A stretch of 63,246 nt of DNA, counting the filler. It is 8 parts of 8 records of this genome, joined end to end, with 100 filler letters (N's around TTAATTAATTAA, not from the genome) between each part and the next. Parts side by side here need not be neighbours in the genome. Positions count along the whole stretch, not along the records: positions 22,254 to 24,536 come from SRR11831585_1044; positions 24,637 to 28,067 come from SRR11831585_1045; positions 28,168 to 46,603 come from SRR11831585_1047; 5 more parts are not named here. One strand, written 5' to 3'. The notes under the pieces are model-generated. The model had not been told where the DNA came from and searched no databases. It saw nothing but the letters and a program-made list of their open reading frames with translations. The position numbers and the translations under genes are program-made. Below, in pieces: positions 22,254 to 35,903 of the stretch; position 1 is the stretch's first letter, and every line of letters begins with the position of its first letter.

Positions 22254-23596
22254 TACTGGGGGCACTGAAAGCCGCAGGCGGACTGTGGTTTGGCTGGAGT
22301 GGTGAAACAGGGAATGAGGATCAGCCGCTAAAAAAGGTGAAAAAAGGTAACATTACGTGGGCCTCTTTTAACCTCAGCGAACAGGACCTTGACGAATACT
22401 ACAACCAATTCTCCAATGCCGTTCTCTGGCCCGCTTTTCATTATCGGCTCGATCTGGTGCAATTTCAGCGTCCTGCCTGGGACGGCTATCTACGCGTAAA
22501 TGCGTTGCTGGCAGATAAATTACTGCCGCTGTTGCAAGACGATGACATTATCTGGATCCACGATTATCACCTGTTGCCATTTGCGCATGAATTACGCAAA
22601 CGGGGAGTGAATAATCGCATTGGTTTCTTTCTGCATATTCCTTTCCCGACACCGGAAATCTTCAACGCGCTGCCGACATATGACACCTTGCTTGAACAGC
22701 TTTGTGATTATGATTTGCTGGGTTTCCAGACAGAAAACGATCGTCTGGCGTTCCTGGATTGTCTTTCTAACCTGACCCGCGTCACGACACGTAGCGCAAA
22801 AAGCCATACAGCCTGGGGCAAAGCATTTCGAACAGAAGTCTACCCGATCGGCATTGAACCGAAAGAAATAGCCAAACAGGCTGCCGGGCCACTGCCGCCA
22901 AAACTGGCGCAACTTAAAGCGGAACTGAAAAACGTACAAAATATCTTTTCTGTCGAACGGCTGGATTATTCCAAAGGTTTGCCAGAGCGTTTTCTCGCCT
23001 ATGAAGCGTTGCTGGAAAAATATCCGCAGCATCATGGTAAAATTCGTTATACCCAGATTGCACCAACGTCGCGTGGTGATGTGCAAGCCTATCAGGATAT
23101 TCGTCATCAGCTCGAAAATGAAGCTGGACGAATTAATGGTAAATACGGGCAATTAGGCTGGACGCCGCTTTATTATTTGAATCAGCATTTTGACCGTAAA
23201 TTACTGATGAAAATATTCCGCTACTCTGACGTGGGCTTAGTGACGCCACTGCGTGACGGGATGAACCTGGTAGCAAAAGAGTATGTTGCTGCTCAGGACC
23301 CAGCCAATCCGGGCGTTCTTGTTCTTTCGCAATTTGCGGGAGCGGCAAACGAGTTAACGTCGGCGTTAATTGTTAACCCCTACGATCGTGACGAAGTTGC
23401 AGCTGCGCTGGATCGTGCATTGACTATGTCGCTGGCGGAACGTATTTCCCGTCATGCAGAAATGCTGGACGTTATCGTGAAAAACGATATTAACCACTGG
23501 CAGGAGTGCTTCATTAGCGACCTAAAGCAGATAGTTCCGCGAAGCGCGGAAAGCCAGCAGCGCGATAAAGTTGCTACCTTTCCAAAGCTTGCGTAG
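22254..23596 (+). CDS. otsA: Trehalose-6-phosphate synthase OtsA, 5'-truncated by the contig edge
   Basis: Frame open from the edge (LGALKAAGGLWFGWSG); WIHDYHL, ERLDYSKG and DGMNLVAKEY GT20 motifs. Confidence 0.96.
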
Positions 23597-23602
23597 GAGC
23601 GG

Positions 23603-24031
23603 TTAATCTCCCGTAAGTGGAACTAACAGCACATCGACCTCACTTGAGGCAATAACTCTTTTCGCCGAGCAGGATGCTCGCGAAAAGAAACTGTGATTGT
23701 GATTACCGCAAATCACCAAATCGAAATGATGCTTGTGACATACTTCCAGAATATGTTCGCTTAACTCACCGTAGGCAATAAACGTCTTGTCAACGGGATA
23801 CCCCGCATCCTGAATTAACTTATCAAGAAAGCTTTGCGTTTCTTCATGCATCACGCTGCGTAAATCTTCAAGCATCGGCGCAGCTAATTGATTGTACATT
23901 TCCGGGTCGGAAGCGAGAGTAATTAAACTGATGTGTCCCTTTACTGGCCTGGCGATAGATACCGCTTTTGCCAGCAGTTGCTGACTTTCCGGTGTAACCG
24001 CAACAGCGACAAGAATATTGCTATAGCTCAT
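23603..24031 (-). CDS. uspC: Universal stress protein UspC
   Basis: 142-aa Usp domain MSYSNILVAVAVTPES, convergent with otsA. Confidence 0.95.
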   Translation of the reverse strand: MSYSNILVAVAVTPESQQLLAKAVSIARPVKGHISLITLASDPEMYNQLAAPMLEDLRSVMHEETQSFLDKLIQDAGYPVDKTFIAYGELSEHILEVCHKHHFDLVICGNHNHSFFSRASCSAKRVIASSEVDVLLVPLTGD

Positions 24032-24536
24032 AACCTGTTCCTTATTCTGTGAACTTCAGGTGACATTAAAGCTTTACTCCTAATGGAGAAACGACGCAAT
24101 CCCAACTCGGTCAAACAGGTAAATATTAGTCTGATTATTAGTAAAGATAATTAATCAATCACTCCCGGTGATCATATAATTTCAAATGTAATTATAAGAA
24201 AATAGTGTACTGATTCTCCGCATTAAACAAGTGGTTAATATATGTAAAACATTTCATTAACATTAAGTTGATTGTTGCCTTTCTTTGTATTTAATTAGTT
24301 TGTTGTGCGGTAAGTGTCTGTTTAAAAATAGCTTATCTGGTATTGCATGAAAGTGATTATTTATAGCAGATGATTATTTACGGTGAGTTATTTTGACTGT
24401 GCGCAACATCCCATTTCGATTATTCCTGTTTCATTTTTGCTTGCTAGCGTAGCGAAAAACTTTTTAACAGATTGAAATACACCCAAAACAAAAGTATGAC
24501 TTATACATTTATGTTAAGTAATTGAGTGTTTTGTGT
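24032..24536 (+). promoter_or_regulatory. AT-rich uspC-flhDC intergenic regulatory region, cut by the contig end just before the flhD CRP site
   Basis: Non-coding and AT-rich; position upstream of uspC matches the uspC-flhD interval; ends ...GTTAAGTAATTGAGTGTTTTGTGT. Confidence 0.75.
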
Positions 24537-24636
24537 NNNNNNNNNNNNNNNNNNNNNNNNNNNNNNNNNNNNNNNNNNNNTTAATTAATTAANNNNNNNN
24601 NNNNNNNNNNNNNNNNNNNNNNNNNNNNNNNNNNNN
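24537..24636. other. Artificial contig spacer
   Basis: N44-TTAATTAATTAA-N44. Confidence 0.98.
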
Positions 24637-26608
24637 AAGCATACCTGAACGCTGACTACACCGATCGAGGACTGCTGACAAAAGAGTGGATGAAGGGTAA
24701 TCGTGTTTCACACATCACTCGCACGGCTTCCGGTGCTAATGCTGGCGGCGGAAACCTCACCGATCGCGGCGAAGGTTTCGTACACGATCTGACGTCACTG
24801 GCGCGCGACGTAGCCACTGGCGTACTGGCCCGTTCAATGGATCTGGACATCTATAACCTTCATCCGGCACACGCTAAACGCATTGAGGAATTATCGCTGA
24901 AAATAAACCGCCCTTTTCTGTTTTCCGCGACAAATTCATCACCATGCCTGGCGGGCTGGATTATTCCCGCGCCATCGTGGTTGCGTCCGTAAAAGAAGCA
25001 CCAATTGGGATCGAGGTCATCCCCGCGCACGTCACTGAATATCTGAACAAAGTACTGACTGAAACCGATCATGCCAACCCTGATCCGGAAATCGTGGATA
25101 TTGCCTGCGGTCGCTCCTCTGCCCCGATGCCGCAGCGAGTAACAGAAGAAGGAAAACAGGATGATGAAGAAAAACCGCAACCATCTGGAACAACGGCAGT
25201 TGAACAGGGAGAGGCTGAAACAATGGAACCGGACGCAACTGAACATCATCAGGACACGCAGCCGCTGGATGCTCAGTCACAGGTAAATTCTGTTGATGCG
25301 AAATATCAGGAACTGCGGGCAGAACTCCATGAAGCCCGGAAAAACATTCCATCAAAAAATCCTGTCGATGACGATAAATTGCTTGCTGCATCACGTGGTG
25401 AATTTGTTGACGGAATTAGCGACCCGAACGATCCGAAATGGGTAAAGGGGATCCAGACTCGCGATTGTGTGTACCAGAACCAGCCAGAAACGGAAAAAAC
25501 CAGCCCAGATATGAATCAACCTGAGCCAGTAGTGCAACAGGAACCGGAAATAGCCTGCAATGCCTGCGGCCAGACTGGCGGGGATAACTGCCCTGACTGT
25601 GGTGCGGTGATGGGCGACGCAACATACCAGGAAACATTCGATGAAGAGAGTCAGGTTGAAGCTAAGGAAAATGATCCGGAGGAAATGGAAGGCGCTGAAC
25701 ATCCGCACAATGAGAATGCTGGCAGCGATCCGCATCGCGATTGCAGTGATGAAACTGGCGAAGTCGCAGATCCCGTAATCGTAGAAGACATAGAGCCAGG
25801 TATTTATTACGGAATTTCGAATGAGAATTACCACGCGGGTCCCGGTATCAGTAAGTCTCAGCTCGATGACATTGCTGATACTCCGGCACTATATTTGTGG
25901 CGTAAAAATGCCCCCGTGGACACCACAAAGACAAAAACGCTCGATTTAGGAACTGCTTTCCACTGCCGGGTACTTGAACCGGAAGAATTCAGTAACCGCT
26001 TTATCGTAGCACCTGAATTTAACCGCCGTACAAACGCCGGAAAAGAAGAAGAGAAAGCGTTTCTGATGGAATGCGCAAGCACAGGAAAAACGGTTATCAC
26101 TGCGGAAGAAGGCCGGAAAATTGAACTCATGTATCAAAGCGTTATGGCTTTGCCGCTGGGGCAATGGCTTGTTGAAAGCGCCGGACACGCTGAATCATCA
26201 ATTTACTGGGAAGATCCTGAAACAGGAATTTTGTGTCGGTGCCGTCCGGACAAAATTATCCCTGAATTTCACTGGATCATGGACGTGAAAACTACGGCGG
26301 ATATTCAACGATTCAAAACCGCTTATTACGACTACCGCTATCACGTTCAGGATGCATTCTACAGTGACGGTTATGAAGCACAGTTTGGAGTGCAGCCAAC
26401 TTTCGTTTTTCTGGTTGCCAGCACAACTATTGAATGCGGACGTTATCCGGTTGAAATTTTCATGATGGGCGAAGAAGCAAAACTGGCAGGTCAACAGGAA
26501 TATCACCGCAATCTGCGAACCCTGTCTGACTGCCTGAATACCGATGAATGGCCAGCTATTAAGACATTATCACTGCCCCGCTGGGCTAAGGAATATGCAA
26601 ATGACTAA
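24637..26608 (+). pseudogene. recE: Exonuclease VIII RecE, 5'-truncated by the contig edge, with a -1 frameshift at ~24889 as assembled (probably a sequencing error); C-terminal nuclease domain intact in ORF 24944-26608
   Basis: N-terminal frame ...HAKRIEE continues as [22 protein letters not shown] if one A is added; nuclease motifs CRPDK, MDVKTT and YHVQDAFY. Confidence 0.92.
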
Positions 26609-27410
26609 GCAACCACCAATCGCAAAAGCCGATCTGCAAAAAACTCAGGGAAACCGTGCACCAGCAGCAGTTAAAAATAGCGACGTGATTAGTTTTATTA
26701 ACCAGCCATCAATGAAAGAGCAACTGGCAGCAGCTCTTCCACGCCATATGACGGCTGAACGTATGATCCGTATCGCCACCACAGAAATTCGTAAAGTTCC
26801 GGCGTTAGGAAACTGTGACACTATGAGTTTTGTCAGTGCGATCGTACAGTGTTCACAGCTCGGACTTGAGCCAGGTAGCGCCCTCGGTCATGCATATTTA
26901 CTGCCTTTTGGTAATAAAAACGAAAAGAGCGGTAAAAAGAACGTTCAGCTAATCATTGGCTATCGCGGCATGATTGATCTGGCTCGCCGTTCTGGTCAAA
27001 TCGCCAGCCTGTCAGCCCGTGTTGTCCGTGAAGGTGACGAGTTTAGCTTCGAATTTGGCCTTGATGAAAAGTTAATACACCGCCCGGGAGAAAACGAAGA
27101 TGCCCCGGTTACCCACGTCTATGCTGTCGCAAGACTGAAAGACGGAGGTACTCAGTTTGAAGTTATGACGCGCAAACAGATTGAGCTGGTGCGCAGCCTG
27201 AGTAAAGCTGGTAATAACGGGCCGTGGGTAACTCACTGGGAAGAAATGGCAAAGAAAACGGCTATTCGTCGCCTGTTCAAATATTTGCCCGTATCAATTG
27301 AGATCCAGCGTGCAGTATCAATGGATGAAAAGGAACCACTGACAATCGATCCTGCAGATTCCTCTGTATTAACCGGGGAATACAGTGTAATCGATAATTC
27401 AGAGGAATAA
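26601..27410 (+). CDS. recT: Single-strand annealing recombinase RecT
   Basis: [52 protein letters not shown]; 269 aa. Confidence 0.97.
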
Positions 27411-27466
27411 TTCAGCCTGGCGGTGTAATGCACCGCCAACTTGAAATATTTTTTATGAGAAAAATT

Positions 27467-27661
27467 ATGAGATATGACAATGTTAAACCATGTCCATTTT
27501 GTGGTTGTCCATCAGTAACGGTGAAAGCCATTTCAGGATATTACCGAGCGAAGTGTAACGGATGCGAATCCCGAACCGGTTATGGTGGAAGTGAAAAAGA
27601 AGCACTCGAAAGATGGAATAAACGAACCACTGGAAATAATAATGGAGGTGTTCATGTATAA
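27467..27661 (+). CDS. ralR: Restriction alleviation protein / DNase toxin RalR (Lar)
   Basis: 64 aa with KPCPFCG and CNGC zinc motifs, directly after recT. Confidence 0.94.
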   Translation: MRYDNVKPCPFCGCPSVTVKAISGYYRAKCNGCESRTGYGGSEKEALERWNKRTTGNNNGGVHV

Positions 27662-27863
27662 AATTACCGCCACTATTGAAAAGGAAGGTGGCACTCCTAC
27701 TAACTGGACAAGATATTCAAAATCTAAACTAACGAAATCAGAATGCGAAAAAATGCTCTCAGGTAAAAAAGAAGCAGGCGTTTCCAGAGAGCAGAAAGTA
27801 AAACTGATAAATTTTAATTGCGAGAAACTTCAGTCCTCGAGAATTGCATTGTATTCAAATTAA
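27654..27863 (+). CDS. rcbA: Double-strand break reduction protein RcbA (YdaC)
   Basis: 69 aa MYKITATIEKEGGTPTNW, GGAGG RBS, overlaps the ralR stop. Confidence 0.9.
   Translation: MYKITATIEKEGGTPTNWTRYSKSKLTKSECEKMLSGKKEAGVSREQKVKLINFNCEKLQSSRIALYSN
27660..27838 (-). ncRNA. ralA: RalA antitoxin sRNA antisense to rcbA (ends approximate)
   Basis: AGGTAAAAAAGAAGCA (27761-27776) nearly repeats AAGTGAAAAAGAAGCA in ralR (27589-27604), so an antisense RNA here can pair with ralR mRNA; RalR/RalA is a known type I TA system. Confidence 0.6.
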
Positions 27864-27941
27864 AACTTCATAGCTGATTATTAATAATCAACATCGGGCG
27901 TCAATTTCAGTCTAACATTGGCGCCTGCCAGAGGTGATGCG

Positions 27942-28067
27942 ATGGCACAAGTAATCTTTAATGAAGAGTGGATGGTTGAATACGGCCTGATGCTTCGCAC
28001 TGGTCTGGGGGCCAGACAAATTGAAGCATACCGCCAGAACTGTTGGGTGGAGGGCTTCCACTTCAAA
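27942..28067 (+). CDS. xisR: Rac excisionase XisR (YdaQ), 3'-truncated
   Basis: [22 protein letters not shown]...[15 protein letters not shown]. Confidence 0.88.
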
Positions 28068-28167
28068 NNNNNNNNNNNNNNNNNNNNNNNNNNNNNNNNN
28101 NNNNNNNNNNNTTAATTAATTAANNNNNNNNNNNNNNNNNNNNNNNNNNNNNNNNNNNNNNNNNNNN
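28068..28167. other. Artificial contig spacer
   Basis: N44-TTAATTAATTAA-N44. Confidence 0.98.
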
Positions 28168-28264
28168 CTGATGCGCTACGCTTATCAGGCCTACGTGGTT
28201 TATGCAATATATTGAATTTGCATGGTCTTGTAGGCCAGATAAGACGTTCACGTCGCATCCGGCA
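28168..28264. repeat. BIME-1 (inverted REP pair with an IHF-type linker)
   Basis: CTGATGCGCTACGCTTATCAGGCCTAC ... GCAATATATTGAATTTGC ... GTAGGCCAGATAAGACGTTCACGTCGCATCCGGCA. Confidence 0.85.
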
Positions 28265-28307
28265 TGAACAAAGCGCACTTTGTCAAAAATCTAACCTACT
28301 TTTTAAT

Positions 28308-28589
28308 TCAGGGAATTACCGCAAAGCCCACGCCATCATACCCAACGTAACAAAACTCAGGCACGTTCCCCACTCGCCCCGAGAAAAATAGCATTAATGC
28401 GCCCAGCGCCAGCATAAAAATTTTGAGCAGAAGGTAAATTGTTGGCGTGATAAGGATATTACAAACTTCAATAATACCGGCAAGTCCGACACCCAGCATG
28501 GCAATAACCACCGCCAAAAATTGCGCCAGTATGGGGATGCCGAAAAAAGTCATTACCAGCGAGGTCAAAATCCATTTTCTGTTTTGCAT
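28308..28589 (-). CDS. yzgL: YzgL small membrane protein (probable gene remnant)
   Basis: 93-aa hydrophobic ORF MQNRKWILTSLVMTFFG downstream of glgP. Confidence 0.7.
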   Translation of the reverse strand: MQNRKWILTSLVMTFFGIPILAQFLAVVIAMLGVGLAGIIEVCNILITPTIYLLLKIFMLALGALMLFFSGRVGNVPEFCYVGYDGVGFAVIP

Positions 28590-28674
28590 TATTCTTTCCA
28601 TTCTTTTTGAATGGTGAAATTATACTCCCCGAGTCCCCTTGCCCCTTCTGGACACTTTTCCGAAATGATGGCGG

Positions 28675-28701
28675 AAAAAAACGGGACCCTTTGGCCCCGT
28701 T
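28675..28701 (-). terminator. Intrinsic terminator after glgP
   Basis: Minus strand AACGGGGCC-AAAG-GGTCCCGTT followed by a T run. Confidence 0.65.
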
Positions 28702-28717
28702 CTATTTATTGGTGAAC

Positions 28718-31183
<2,466 letters not shown>

Positions 31184-32617
31184 CTATTTCAAGCGATAGT
31201 AAAGCTCACGGTACGACTTCGCCGCGACCTGCCAGCTAAAATCCATTGCCATAGCCTGACGTTGCACAAACCGCCACAGTGAAGGACGGGACCACAGTAC
31301 AAAAGCACGTCGAATAGCCCGTAACAGCGACCAGGCATTACTATCTTCAAAGACAAACCCACTGGCGACGCCATCTGCAAGGTTCTCAAGAGAACAGTCA
31401 GAAACCGTATCAGCAAGCCCACCGGTGCGCCGCACTAACGGCAGCGTACCGTACTTCAATCCATAAAGTTGCGTTAAGCCGCACGGTTCAAAACGGCTGG
31501 GCACCAGAATGACGTCCGCGCCGCCCATAATGCGATGCGAAAATGCTTCGTGATAGCCAATCTGAACGCCCACCTGACCGGGGTATTCCGCTGCCGCCGC
31601 AAGGAAACCTTCCTGCAGCACCGGATCGCCCGCGCCGAGTAGCGCCAGCTGCCCGCCCTGCTCCAGAAGACCCGGTAAGGCTTCCAGCACCAGGTCGAGA
31701 CCTTTCTGGCTGGTCAGACGGCTCACCACTGCAAAAAGCGGCACTTTATCGTCAACCTTAAGCCCCATTGCGATTTGTAACTGGCGCTTATTTTCCGCTT
31801 TATCTTCCAACGTATCGCGGGTGTAACGCGAGGCCAACAGTAAGTCCGTCTCTGGACTCCAGATTTTCTCGTCCACGCCGTTCAGTACGCCGGAAAGACG
31901 CCCTTCACGGTGACGCTGTTGCAACAGACCTTCCATACCGTAGGCAAACTGCGGTTCGGTGATCTCGCGAGCGTAGGTTGGACTGACCGCCGTAATGTGA
32001 TCGGCATAGTACAGACCGGCCTTCAGGAAAGAGATTTGTCCGTTGAATTCCAGCCCATGAATATTAAAGAATGACCATGGCAATTGGATGTCATTCATGT
32101 GATGTGCATAAAACATGCCTTGATAGGCCAGGTTGTGCACAGTAAACACCGACTTCGCCGGACGCCCGCGCGCCGCCAGATACGCAGGCGCAAGGCCTGC
32201 ATGCCAGTCGTGCGCATGCACCACATCAGGACGCCAGAATGGGTCAAGCCCGCTGGCCATTTCTGCCCCAACCCACCCCAGCAGCGCAAAACGCAATACG
32301 TTGTCGGTATAGGCAAATAAGTTGGTATCGTGATACGGGCTTCCCGGACGATCATAGAGATGCGGCGCGTCAATCAGGTAAATGCCAACCCCGTTGTAAT
32401 GACCGAACAACAGCGTGATATGTCCGGCGAAGGTATCACGACGGGATACTACCTGCGCATCGGTCACGCCACGGCGAATATCGGGAAATGCAGGCAACAG
32501 TACGCGAGCGTCAACGCCGTCTGCGATTTGTGCTGCGGGTAATGCCCCAATAACATCAGCCAGACCGCCGGTTTTAAGCAGCGGGAACATCTCTGAACAT
32601 ACATGTAAAACCTGCAT
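31184..32617 (-). CDS. glgA: Glycogen synthase GlgA
   Basis: [20 protein letters not shown]; 477 aa. Confidence 0.97.
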
Positions 32618-33912
32618 TATCGCTCCTGTTTATGCCCTAACTTCCGTAGCATTTCGCGCGTTACCAGCACGATGCCTTCTTCTGAACGATAGAAACGACG
32701 TGCATCTTCCTCTGCGTTTTCACCAATCACCATGCCTTCCGGAATAACACAAGCACGATCGATGACGCAGCGGCGCAGACGGCACGAGCGACCTACCCAT
32801 ACTTCCGGTAACAATACGGCGGAATCAATGTTGCAGAATGAATTCACGCGAACGCGCGAGAACAGAACGGACTGCACCACCACCGAACCGGAGATCACAC
32901 AACCGCCGGAAACCAGTGAGTTAAGGGTCATCCCGTGGCTACCGGAGCGATCCTGCACGAATTTCGCTGGCGGTAATGATTCATTGTAGGTGCGAATTGG
33001 CCAATTGCGATCGTACATATCCAGTTCCGGCACCACAGAGGCCAGATCGAGGTTCGCTTTCCAGTAAGCTTCCAGCGTACCCACATCGCGCCAGTACGGC
33101 TCGGCATCCGGGTCGGATTGTACGCAAGAGAGCGGGAACGGGTGCGCATAGGCCAGACCGGCTTCGGTGATCTTGGGAATCAAATCTTTGCCAAAGTCGT
33201 GGCTGGAGTTCTCATCGCGATCGTCTTCTTCCAGCAGTTCATACAGATAGTCGGCGTCAAAGACGTAGATACCCATACTCGCCAGAGATTTGCTCGGATC
33301 GTTCGGCATTGACGGCGGGTTAGCAGGTTTTTCAACGAATTCGATAATTTTATCGTTCTCATCAACCGCCATAACGCCAAATGCGGAGGCTTCTTCAATC
33401 GGTACTGGCATACAAGCAACGGTGCAACGTGCGCCTTTTTCGACGTGATCGATAAGCATACGCGAGTAGTCTTGCTTGTAGATATGGTCGCCCGCCAGGA
33501 TCACCACGTATTCCGCTTTATAACGGCGGATAATGTCGAGGTTTTGGGTGACCGCATCTGCGGTGCCGCGATACCAGTTTTCCCCTTTCATTCTCTGCTG
33601 TGCTGGCAGCAGATCGACAAACTCGTTCATTTCTTCATTGAAGAATGACCAGCCGCGCTGAATGTGCTGCACCAGAGTGTGGGACTGGTACTGGGTGATC
33701 ACGCCCATACGACGGATCCCGGAGTTGATGCAGTTAGACAGCGCAAAGTCGATAATGCGGAACTTACCGCCGAAGTGTACGGCCGGTTTTGCTCGCTTAT
33801 TGGTTAAATCCTTCAGGCGGGTACCACGTCCTCCCGCCAGTATCAGGGCAACAGATTTCAATGGCAGCTGGCGCGCCAACATTAAGTGATCGTTCTTCTC
33901 TAAACTAACCAT
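32617..33912 (-). CDS. glgC: ADP-glucose pyrophosphorylase GlgC
   Basis: [24 protein letters not shown]; 431 aa. Confidence 0.97.
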
Positions 33913-33960
33913 GACTAACTCCTTTTTTATCATCTCTGGAACACACACAATCCGTGTGCA
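33913..33960 (-). promoter_or_regulatory. glgC leader with CsrA-binding GGA motifs
   Basis: Minus strand GCACACGGATTGTGTGT hairpin and AAGGAG SD; CsrA repression of glgC is established. Confidence 0.6.
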
Positions 33961-35903
33961 GGTCCCTGCCAGACAGCCGTAATCACTGGGTTATCCTCTC
34001 CAGCGAATGGGGGAATGGCGTGCCACTCCCCAGCAGGTAAAACAATCTCTGTTACCTCAAGCGTGGCGTTAATTGCGATCAAAAAGCGATCCGAGAGCAG
34101 AATTTGCAGCTGTTTCGGCCCGTTTTGCCACTCATCCGTGCTTAAAGGTTGAGCATATCGATTTAGCCAACGGACATTGCCGTCGCCTTCTTCCCACCAG
34201 CGATTCTCCACCAAAGCGGGAATGCGCTTGCGCAGATGGATTAACGCGGCGGTAAATGCGGTTAAACCACTGCTTGCCTGCGACCAGTCCAACCAGGTTA
34301 ATTGGTTATCCTGACAGTAGGCATTGTTATTGCCATGCTGGCTGTGACCATGTTCGTCACCGGCCAGTAACATCGGCGTACCCTGGGAGAGCAACAACGT
34401 TGTTAACAGGGCGTGAATGCTGTCGCGCCGCCGTTCAACCAGGTCAAGAGAACCGCCTAACCCTTCTTTACCATGATTGTTACTGTAATTGTTGTTGGTC
34501 CCGTCGCGATTTTCTTCTCCGTTTGCTTCATTGTGTTTATGGTTGAAGCAAACGCAGTCGCGAAGCGTAAAACCGTCATGCGCGGTGACGAGATTAATCG
34601 CGGCACTCGGCAGACGACCATTACGTTTAAAAACATCGCTGGAGGCAGCAAAACGCCCGGCAAACGCCCCCAGAGGCAAATCATAATGTAGCCAGAAACG
34701 ACGGGCAGCATCGCGGAAATGATCGTTCCACTCGGCAAACAGCGGCGGGAAATTTCCCACCTGATAACCACCAGGAGCGATATCCCACGGTTCAGCAATT
34801 AACTTCACCTGCGAGAGCACCGGGCAGTTCTGGATAGCGGTAAACAACGGCGCATCCTGACGGAACTCTGGCGTACGGCCCATGACTGCCGCCAGATCAA
34901 AGCGGAAACCATCGACGTGGCAGGTTTCTACCCAATAACGCAGGCAGGCGCTGGCATAATCCACCACCGCCGGATGACTCAAATTGAGCGTGTTGCCGCA
35001 ACCGGTCCAGTTGTGATAATCGCCGTCTTCTCTTATCCAATAATAGCTACGGTTATCGATCCCACGCAGCGAGAATAACGGGCCGTCGAGGTCCAGTTCC
35101 GCACTATGGTTGAGCACGATATCAAGAATGACTTCGATACCCGCTTTATGCAGTGCTTTGATTGCATCGCGAAACTCATCCAGCGCCGTTTCTGGCGAGC
35201 AGGCATACGCCGGATGCAGCGCAAACATCGCCACCGGGTTGTAACCCCAGTAGTTACTTAGCCCCATGCGTTGCAGACGTGGTTCACTGGCAAACTGCGC
35301 CACTGGCAGCAGTTCCAGCGCGGTAATGCCCAATTGTTTCAAATAGTTGATCATCACCGGATGCCCGAGGGCTTTATAAGTGCCACGGATCTCGACCGGG
35401 ATCTCCGGGTGCAAGTACGTTAATCCTTTGACATGGGCTTCATAAATGATGGTGCTGCCCCACGGCGTGCGCGGCGGGGCATCATCTTCCCAGTCATAGT
35501 GATCAACCACCACTACGCATTTCGGCGCAATGGCGGCGTTGTCGCGATAGTCAGGTTCATTATGACCGGCGTGCAGCAGCGGGTTATCTTTAAACTCCCC
35601 GTCAATTTGCCGCGCGCAAGGATCAATCAACAACTTCGCCGGGTTAAAGCGATGCCCCTCGGCGGGTTGCCAGGGGCCATGAACGCGATAACCATAACGC
35701 AAACCCGGGCGCGCATCCGGCAGATAACCGTGCCAAATGTCGCCACTGTGCCCTGGCAAGTCATAGCGATGTTCCTGGCCATTGGCGTCAAAGACACACA
35801 GTTCTACCCGCTCGGCATGAGCGGAGAAAAGTGTGAAGTTGACGCCCTGACCGTCGTAATGCGCGCCGAGGGGAGCGGGTTTGCCAATGGCGAGTTGTGT
35901 CAT
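33930..35903 (-). CDS. glgX: Glycogen debranching enzyme GlgX
   Basis: [23 protein letters not shown]; 657 aa. Confidence 0.97.

Larger units (their letters stand above)
24637..28067 (+). mobile_element. Fragment of the Rac cryptic prophage (recombination, toxin and excision module)
   Basis: recE-recT-ralR-rcbA-xisR gene order. Confidence 0.93.

Noticed and set aside
24637..28067. Novel prophage or defence island inserted at the flhD promoter
   Set aside because: It is the known Rac module, and the adjacency arises only from contig concatenation
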